Shown here: positions 57,550-64,000 of the stretch, piece by piece
Numbering within the stretch: the stretch's first letter is position 1
How the letters are laid out: each line of letters starts with the position of its first letter
The notes under the pieces: model-generated
Database searches by the model: none
What the model was told of the DNA's origin: nothing
Seen by the model: only the letters and a program-made list of their open reading frames with translations
Made by a program: the position numbers and the translations under genes
Source of the DNA: an uncultured Lachnospiraceae bacterium
Lineage (GTDB): Bacteria; Bacillota; Clostridia; Lachnospirales; Lachnospiraceae
Direction of reading: 5' to 3'
Assembly: GCA_946534915.1 (NCBI GenBank)
Contig: CAMNDG010000001.1
Location: 122,268-186,267 of the forward strand
DNA length: 64,000 nucleotides

Positions 57550-59736
57550 TCAGAACAGAATGCTCTCGCAGCCCAGGCCCTTTCTGGGGACCAGGTCCCT
57601 TGTATCCTTCGCGTTTTTATAGGCATCTTCCATCAGGGCAGCCATCTTTCTGATCCCGCTAAAGCCCCACATTCCCCCGAAGTCGACGAGGTTTACAAAA
57701 TGCTCAGTTCCGCAGAACCAGGCCGCTTTGGGCCCTACGGCCAGGTAACCGCTGTGTTCCGGATCTATGGCTCCCGCGTGGAGCAGACGCCCCTCTGCAT
57801 GAATCGTACTGCAAAGGAGAATTTCGCCGTGATTCTCCCTGAGCCAGAGGAAATCATCCTCCTCTTCGGGGTTCACAGCGTCAAGATACACTTCCTTTAC
57901 ATTAAATCCGCGCTCAAGAAGAAGTCTTGCAAAGCCCAAAGGTCTCTGCACGGCTATATAGTCAATTGCGATCGGAGTGCTGCCGATCACGCCCCGCAGA
58001 TTGTGAAGCGCCTCATCACACAGTTTTTCTTCCTGTCCGGCGTCAATGCCGGCCTGCTCCAAAGTTATACCCAGTGTCTGTGCCGCAGTTTCAAGCTCTT
58101 TCCGGATTCCGGCATAATCGATGACTGCCGGCAGATACAGTCCCTTACAGCCCAGCCTTCGGGCCGTCTGCCTTACAGAGACCGCAGACATGGGGCTTCT
58201 TGTTATAAAGACTTCCCTGCCTGAGAGCTTCTGATAGTCTTCCAATGTCTCACAATCCTGTATTTGCAGAGGATCAGAGATTGTTCCCCTGGCTGTGTCC
58301 GCCGCCCGGATCAGCCGCATCAGGTCACTCTCGGGATCCAGCGCATAGATATCTCCGAGCAGGGCGGTAAGCCCGTTCTTTTCTTCAGAAGGCTCAAGGA
58401 TATCCATCATAGCCTTTCTGAGTTTCATATCCGGGCTGGGGCCGGTCTTTTGCATGATGGGATCCATCCATCCCTTGATAAATACTATCTGCGGGAATCT
58501 CTTTTCCAGCTCTTTATATACATATCCAAGGTCGCATCCCATAAAGTGATGGAGACAGACGGGAAATACAAGGACAGCTTTGGGAAGTCCTTCCTCTCCC
58601 CTCTTTCTGCGGATCTTTTCCAGTACATCAGTGATTCCTTCCAGTGTGATCTCCTCGAGATTTCCGCTGTGCATATCCTTTTCTTCAAGGACTACACAGG
58701 AAAAGCGCTCGATGGCGTTCATCTCGGCGGCAGTCATCACGACACCTCTCATACAATTGTCCGAGCAGACGTAGATCTGATGGGCCTGGGGCATCAGCAT
58801 TCCGATATGCACGATGTTCCAGGTCTCGTGGACCGGCGGGTTAAATTCAAGTTCCTGCGCGAAAGGCGCGGGAAAAGAGGCTTTTGATACGGGGATCCTG
58901 GAGGGACCTTCGCTCCCGGCTTCAGAGTTCTCTCTGCTTTTTTCCGGAGCAGCTTCATTTTCCTGTGCCGGATACGCGACGCCGCAGTCCGAAGCTAATT
59001 TGTCGGCCAATGCTCTGTAGCAATCCGCAATATCAGAATCAGGGAAGGCGCTCATAATAGTCTCTCCCAGTTCCTCCGCTTCCTGTACAAGGTCTGATCT
59101 GTCGATACTCCCGACGATCTGCGTGTGAAGATCCTGCGAGAGTTCAAGGACTTTTTCCTCCTCGCGTTTTACATTTCTCCGGTTGAGGATCAGTCCGCCC
59201 AGCTGCGCGTATCCTCTCTCTTTGAAGTTTTCCACCGCGAGTCCGATATTGGCCGCCGCATAGATCGCCATATTCTCGCCGGAAGTCAGAATATACACTT
59301 TGTTGGCATATCCCTCTCTCATGGGCATGGCAAATCCACCGCATACCACGTCCCCAAGGACATCGTAGAGGATCACATCCGGGCTGTATTTTGCCAGAAT
59401 ATCTTTGTCCCTTAAAGTCTCCAGCGCAGTGATGATGCCCCTTCCGGCGCATCCCCGTCCGGGCATGGGACCCCCTGCCTCCGCGCAGATGACTCGTCCT
59501 CTTCCGGTCTCTTTCACATAGATAACATCTTCAAGTTCAAAAGGAACTCGCTTTCTTACCATCTCCATGACTGTGGGGATCTTCTTCCCGTCCCGCAGGC
59601 TCAGGGTGGAATCCGCTTTGGGGTCGCAGCCGATCTGAAGTACAGTCATTCCCAGGCTTGCCCAGTACTGCGACAGATTTGAGACGGTAGTCGATTTCCC
59701 GATGCCGCCTTTTCCGTAAAATGCTATTCTGATCAT
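57550..59736 (-). CDS. Fusion of a NifH-like Fe protein and a nitrogenase component 1-like subunit
   Basis: aa 1-250: YGKGGIGKST, GCDPKADST, GGP.PG.GCAGRG, YDVLGDVVCGGFAMP; polar linker; C-terminal ~440 aa with YVCSDNC and VCLHHFMGCD component-1-like motifs. Confidence 0.85.
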   Translation of the reverse strand: MIRIAFYGKGGIGKSTTVSNLSQYWASLGMTVLQIGCDPKADSTLSLRDGKKIPTVMEMVRKRVPFELEDVIYVKETGRGRVICAEAGGPMPGRGCAGRGIITALETLRDKDILAKYSPDVILYDVLGDVVCGGFAMPMREGYANKVYILTSGENMAIYAAANIGLAVENFKERGYAQLGGLILNRRNVKREEEKVLELSQDLHTQIVGSIDRSDLVQEAEELGETIMSAFPDSDIADCYRALADKLASDCGVAYPAQENEAAPEKSRENSEAGSEGPSRIPVSKASFPAPFAQELEFNPPVHETWNIVHIGMLMPQAHQIYVCSDNCMRGVVMTAAEMNAIERFSCVVLEEKDMHSGNLEEITLEGITDVLEKIRRKRGEEGLPKAVLVFPVCLHHFMGCDLGYVYKELEKRFPQIVFIKGWMDPIMQKTGPSPDMKLRKAMMDILEPSEEKNGLTALLGDIYALDPESDLMRLIRAADTARGTISDPLQIQDCETLEDYQKLSGREVFITRSPMSAVSVRQTARRLGCKGLYLPAVIDYAGIRKELETAAQTLGITLEQAGIDAGQEEKLCDEALHNLRGVIGSTPIAIDYIAVQRPLGFARLLLERGFNVKEVYLDAVNPEEEDDFLWLRENHGEILLCSTIHAEGRLLHAGAIDPEHSGYLAVGPKAAWFCGTEHFVNLVDFGGMWGFSGIRKMAALMEDAYKNAKDTRDLVPRKGLGCESILF

Positions 59737-60005
59737 CTTATCTCCACCTCTGAGATCACATTGGAATAAGCCGTCTTGGCGCTGATCCCGGGCAGCTTTC
59801 CGATCTTGCCGGAAAGCGCGCTGATCTTCTCCTGAGGAGCGTCTACCGCTACACTGATGATGCTGATTCCCTTGCTTCTGTAAGGAATCCCCATTCTCCC
59901 GATTATATAACCGCGATATTCGTGAAGGATCTCATTGATCTTCTGCGCGGCGTCCTCGTTTCCGACAATGATAGAGATCACCGCCACTCTCGTCTCTATG
60001 CTCAT
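59733..60005 (-). CDS. TM1266 family putative iron-only hydrogenase system regulator
   Basis: ETRVAVISIIV...INEILHEY..YIIGRMGIPY...ISALSGKIGKLPG.S.K; stop overlaps the NifH-like ATG. Confidence 0.85.
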   Translation of the reverse strand: MSIETRVAVISIIVGNEDAAQKINEILHEYRGYIIGRMGIPYRSKGISIISVAVDAPQEKISALSGKIGKLPGISAKTAYSNVISEVEIR

Positions 60006-60024
60006 AGCCGTCTCCTTTATTCTC

Positions 60025-61035
60025 TCAGCAGATCCTCGGAAGCAGCTCATTACCGGGCTGCGGAAGAAGAGTCTGCGCGCCGATCTCTGTCGTCATTGTC
60101 ACTCTTCCGGGCATAACGTCGGTGATCCTTCCGATCACAGTCGTTCCTTCCGTATATTTGCAGTTACGGAGAGTTTCCACTAACAGTTCTGCTTTCTCTT
60201 CGGGGCATACCATAACAAGTCTTCCCTCGCAGGCCAGATATAAGGGTTCAAGTCCCAGCAGGCCGCAGACTCCCTTCACAGCGGGATCTACAGGGATCTT
60301 TCCTGCGTCAAGATTTACGCCGACACCGCTCTGTGCCGCGATCTCATAGAGTACTGTTCCAACGCCGCCGCGGGTCGCATCGCGGATGACATGGATCTCA
60401 GGCACTGCCTTCAGCGCTGCCTGAACAGCTCCGGACAGGGGAGCGCAGTCGCTTGTGACGTCCGCCTCGATCCCGTAGTCATCTCTCTCAAGAAGGATGG
60501 TGCAGCCGTGTCTTCCGATATCTCCGGTCACAATAACCGCGTCGCCGGGCTTTGCCAGTGCTCCGGAAGTCTTCACGCCTTCCGGAATGATCCCGACTCC
60601 GGTGGTATTGATGAATACGCCGTCCACCTGGCCTTTTCCTGCAACTTTGGTGTCTCCTGCCACGATCTGCACGCCGGCTTCGGCTGCAGTTTTCTCCATC
60701 GCAGCTGCGATCTCCTCGAGTTTGTCCATGGGGAATCCTTCCTCGATGACAAATCCGCAGGTCAGATATTTGGGCACTGCGCCCATGCAGGCGAGGTCAT
60801 TTACCGTTCCGCAGATCGAGAGTTTCCCGATGTTTCCGCCTGCGAAAAAGGCCGGGGATACGATAAAGCCGTCAGTGGACATAGCGATCCTTCCCTTTTC
60901 GATCCCGATGACTGCCGCGTCATCCGCAGTAAAGAGAGGGTTCTGGAAATGTCTTTTGAACACACGGTCGATCAGTTCTGAAGTCTGTTTGCCGCCGGCG
61001 CCGTGGGCCAGCGTTACTGTATTGCTGCCAGTCAT
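60025..61035 (-). CDS. hypE: Hydrogenase maturation carbamoyl dehydratase HypE
   Basis: LAHGAGG, GTVNDLA, GDTKV, RDATRGG, C-terminal LLPRIC. Confidence 0.96.
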   Translation of the reverse strand: MTGSNTVTLAHGAGGKQTSELIDRVFKRHFQNPLFTADDAAVIGIEKGRIAMSTDGFIVSPAFFAGGNIGKLSICGTVNDLACMGAVPKYLTCGFVIEEGFPMDKLEEIAAAMEKTAAEAGVQIVAGDTKVAGKGQVDGVFINTTGVGIIPEGVKTSGALAKPGDAVIVTGDIGRHGCTILLERDDYGIEADVTSDCAPLSGAVQAALKAVPEIHVIRDATRGGVGTVLYEIAAQSGVGVNLDAGKIPVDPAVKGVCGLLGLEPLYLACEGRLVMVCPEEKAELLVETLRNCKYTEGTTVIGRITDVMPGRVTMTTEIGAQTLLPQPGNELLPRIC

Positions 61036-61045
61036 TGTATTTATC

Positions 61046-62107
61046 TCAACCTCCATACAGATAGAATGCCGAACAAGCGCCCTCGCCTGATACCATGCAG
61101 GCTCCCACGGGATGCTCCGGTGTACACACTTTGCCAAAAACTTTGCAGTCGGACGGGAGACATTTGCCCTGAAGGACTTCTCCGCACCGGCAAGCCGGAT
61201 TGCTCCGCCCTTTCACTTCCGGAAGGCTGAACTTCACACGCGCGTCATACTGTGAATACTCATCCCGCAGTTTCATTCCGGACATAGGGATCTCTCCGAT
61301 TCCTCTCCACTCGCTGTCGCAGGGTTCCATCATGGAATCCACCAGGCGTACCGCCGCAGGCTGCCCCTGCGCTCTTACCACTCTGGGGTAGCAGTTCACG
61401 AAGAAAGGCTCTCCCTTTTCAAACTTCGTGACAGCAACAGCCAGCGCAGTTACGAGTTCTGAAGCGGTAAATCCCGCGCACACTCCGCTCACGCCGCGTG
61501 CCGCCAGATCCTCGCAGATCCCCGTGCCAACAATAGCGTGTACATGGCCGGGATAGAGATACAGATCTGTGCTGTCCTTCATGGCCTCATAAGCTCCCGG
61601 CATTGTCTTATTGGCTGTCAAAACAGAGAAATTCTCCACTTTATCCTTCTGCGCGGCCTGCACCGCGAGACATACGGAAGGCGTCGTGGTTTCGAATCCA
61701 ACTGAGAGGAAGACCACCTGTTCATCCGGATGCTTCACCGCGTACTCCACCGCATCCGCGGGCGAGTATACGACCTGGACTTTCGCCCCGGCGCCGCGCG
61801 CTTTCTGAAGGCTTGAATTGGTTCCCGGAACCCTGACAAGATCCCCGAAAGTGCAGATGGTGCATCCGTGATCCAGTGCGAGGATGAGAGCCTCATCGAT
61901 AAAGCTCACCGGCGTCACGCAGACGGGACATCCCGGTCCCGAGATCAGCTTTACAGACGGCGGAAGTATCTTTCTGATGCCCAGCCTGAAGATCTCGTGG
62001 GTGTGAGTGCCGCAAACCTCCATGATCCTGACATCGGGACCGCTGTAGTTTTTTATGATCTCAAGGGCCGATCTCTTTTTTGACCCTGCATTTCTGTCAT
62101 CGCTCAT
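61046..62107 (-). CDS. hypD: Hydrogenase maturation protein HypD
   Basis: MEVCGTH, GPGCPVC, GFETT, PGHV, C-terminal CMVSGEGAC Fe-S motif. Confidence 0.96.
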   Translation of the reverse strand: MSDDRNAGSKKRSALEIIKNYSGPDVRIMEVCGTHTHEIFRLGIRKILPPSVKLISGPGCPVCVTPVSFIDEALILALDHGCTICTFGDLVRVPGTNSSLQKARGAGAKVQVVYSPADAVEYAVKHPDEQVVFLSVGFETTTPSVCLAVQAAQKDKVENFSVLTANKTMPGAYEAMKDSTDLYLYPGHVHAIVGTGICEDLAARGVSGVCAGFTASELVTALAVAVTKFEKGEPFFVNCYPRVVRAQGQPAAVRLVDSMMEPCDSEWRGIGEIPMSGMKLRDEYSQYDARVKFSLPEVKGRSNPACRCGEVLQGKCLPSDCKVFGKVCTPEHPVGACMVSGEGACSAFYLYGG

Positions 62108-62316
62108 AACAGTTCCTCCAGAAGCTCTTCTGTCTCTGTCTGATCATCGCTTGTGATCTTTGAGATCGCCGCGCCCGCGTGAACCATGACATAATCGCCG
62201 GGCTCCAGATCCTCCAAAAGCTGTGCGGAGACCTGCCTTTTGGCGCCGCTCGCATCCACCAGCGCTGTTCCGTTTTCATTGATCCTGATTACTCTTGCTG
62301 AAAGACCTACACACAT
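62104..62316 (-). CDS. hypC: Hydrogenase maturation chaperone HypC
   Basis: N-terminal MC, GDYVMVHAGAAI. Confidence 0.93.
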   Translation of the reverse strand: MCVGLSARVIRINENGTALVDASGAKRQVSAQLLEDLEPGDYVMVHAGAAISKITSDDQTETEELLEELL

Positions 62317-62362
62317 AATTTTCTCTCCTTGGCGGTATCCTCCGCTCTTTTATATTTGATCT

Positions 62363-64000
62363 TTATGAAACATCCGTCCGGATGATCTGTACTTTCCCGT
62401 CATGAACTGCCTGTACTGCAGCTACAGCCTGCCCCAATGCTATGCCTCCGTCATTTGGCGGAACCAGATGGTGGATCAGAACATTGAAACCTTCCGCTTC
62501 AAGCCCTTTTTTGACCATGTCCAGAAGAAGGCGGTTCTGGAAGCATCCTCCGCTGAGGGCGGCAGTCCGGATCCCGTTCACCTTACGGATTTCGGCACAG
62601 GCCGAAATGATCTGATTAGCGAGCATTTTGTGGAAAAGCCATGCAAGATGATCCGTTTCCTCACCGCGGAGTTTTCCGAGAGTGATCCTTTTCACGATCT
62701 CGTCCGTCGGAAGGATCAGGCGTCCGTCTTCTCCTCTTACTATTGTCTGATCTGCTGTGCTCTCTTCATTTATGCTTTCCGGCGCAGTTTTCCCGTGCCG
62801 CTCTGCCGCAAACTCCAGAGCCATCGAGGCTTCTCCCTCAAAAGTGGAATGCCTGCAGATTCCGCAGATCGCGCTCACGGCATCGAACAGCCTTCCGGCA
62901 CTGGTGGAGACTACAGAGTTGAGTCTTCTGTCCGCCATTTTCATCAGAACAGAAGCTTCCTGATCCGTGCACAGGGAAAGCTTTCGCGTAAGGGAAAGGA
63001 CATCTTTAAGCTGTGAATTCTCTTCCTCTGCCTTACTAATACTGTGCAGCATGGACACTGCGATCCTCCATCCGTCTGTAGAAGAGAGGTCTCCCCCCAC
63101 CTGAATGAAGGGTTTAATACTGGCTTTTCTTCCAAAGCCGTGGTAGTCCGCCGTAAGGATCTCTCCTCCCCAGATGGTACCGTCAGTCCCGTAACCTGTG
63201 CCGTCCATGGAGACTCCTATGACCGGATCTGAGTAATCATTCTCCGCCATACAGCTGAGAACATGGGCGTAATGATGCTGAACTTTTACCACCGGCAGTG
63301 GATCTCCTCCCTGCTCTCTCCCAATCTTTTCTGAGAGCCCGATCGCCGTCGTGACCGAGTTGTACCTGGGGTGAAGATCGCATGCAACAACTTCCGGTGT
63401 CACTTCCAGGAGCCGCGCATACCTCCCTGTCGTCTCTTCGAGCGCCTTTACGCTTCTGAGGTCCGCCAGATCTCCGATATAAGAGGAGGGATAAAACAGG
63501 CTTCCGCTTCCTATGCAAAATGTGTTTTTCAGTTCGCCGCCTATGGCCAGCACTCTTGTGCCGCCCGTTTCCTTTTCGCTTCCTTCCCACGCAGAGAGCA
63601 TGTAGGGAAGCGGCGCATAACCCCTGGACCTGCGGATCATGTAAGGCTCCCCGTCATAGAAATCCATGACCGAGTCGTCTGCCCTGATCCGGATCTTTCT
63701 GTTGTGAGAAAGAATACAGTCGCAGAGATTTCCAAGCTCCGCAATGGCCTCGGCATCATCTCTGCATATCGGCGCTCCGGAGACATTTCCGCTGGTCATC
63801 ACAAGGCAGTCCGGCATATTGATCCCGTCCGGATAATCAAAGAGCAGGATCTGAACCGGCGCATAGGGAAGCATCACTCCCACGGTAGGATTTCCGGGTG
63901 CGATCGAAGGACACAGTTTCCCTCCTTCTCTTCGCTGCAGCAGCAGGATCGGCTTCTGGTGCCCGGTGAGGATCTCTCTCTGCGCATCGCTGATCTCACA
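62363..64000 (-). CDS. hypF: Carbamoyltransferase HypF (5'-truncated by the window edge)
   Basis: GVMLPY, MTSGN, RRSRGYAP, QHHYAH, DGTGYG.DGTIWGGE, SGGCFQN, PPNDGGIALGQ; frame is open to base 64000. Confidence 0.96.
   Translation of the reverse strand, partial: CEISDAQREILTGHQKPILLLQRREGGKLCPSIAPGNPTVGVMLPYAPVQILLFDYPDGINMPDCLVMTSGNVSGAPICRDDAEAIAELGNLCDCILSHNRKIRIRADDSVMDFYDGEPYMIRRSRGYAPLPYMLSAWEGSEKETGGTRVLAIGGELKNTFCIGSGSLFYPSSYIGDLADLRSVKALEETTGRYARLLEVTPEVVACDLHPRYNSVTTAIGLSEKIGREQGGDPLPVVKVQHHYAHVLSCMAENDYSDPVIGVSMDGTGYGTDGTIWGGEILTADYHGFGRKASIKPFIQVGGDLSSTDGWRIAVSMLHSISKAEEENSQLKDVLSLTRKLSLCTDQEASVLMKMADRRLNSVVSTSAGRLFDAVSAICGICRHSTFEGEASMALEFAAERHGKTAPESINEESTADQTIVRGEDGRLILPTDEIVKRITLGKLRGEETDHLAWLFHKMLANQIISACAEIRKVNGIRTAALSGGCFQNRLLLDMVKKGLEAEGFNVLIHHLVPPNDGGIALGQAVAAVQAVHDGKVQIIRTDVS

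Noticed and set aside
56318-59736. True nitrogenase (nifHDK) for N2 fixation
   Set aside because: Component-1 subunits are short and lack recognisable P-cluster/FeMoco ligand sets; no nifB/E/N in the window.

Overview
Firmicutes chromosome window; gene content resembles Lachnospiraceae/Clostridia. It has three parts. (1) Bases 1-~12,700 are the right end of a prophage, all genes on the minus strand: a partial probable scaffold gene, Prp protease, thioredoxin-like protein, MuF, portal, terminases, DNA methyltransferase, a short MetK, a sigma-region-2 protein, HNH nuclease, a 1.2-kb non-coding block with two different iteron arrays, and an MmeI-like type IIL restriction-modification gene. It ends at a 3' fragment of tRNA-Trp, the probable att site. 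(2) Bases ~12,850-53,900 are housekeeping genes: liv ABC transporter, radA/clpC, purEMND, pyrFE, MBOAT/SGNH, folC/valS, azlCD, dapF, hisC, fumC. (3) Bases ~53,950-64,000 are a tightly coupled minus-strand operon: hypF-hypC-hypD-hypE, TM1266-like regulator, a NifH::nitrogenase-component-1 fusion, a second component-1-like subunit, hydF, hydE. It joins [NiFe]-hydrogenase CN/CO maturases and a nitrogenase-like reductase to [FeFe]-hydrogenase maturases, with no hydG in view. This is the standout candidate for an undescribed system, a possible HydG-independent route to the H-cluster. All calls come from motif recognition by eye; no database searches were run.
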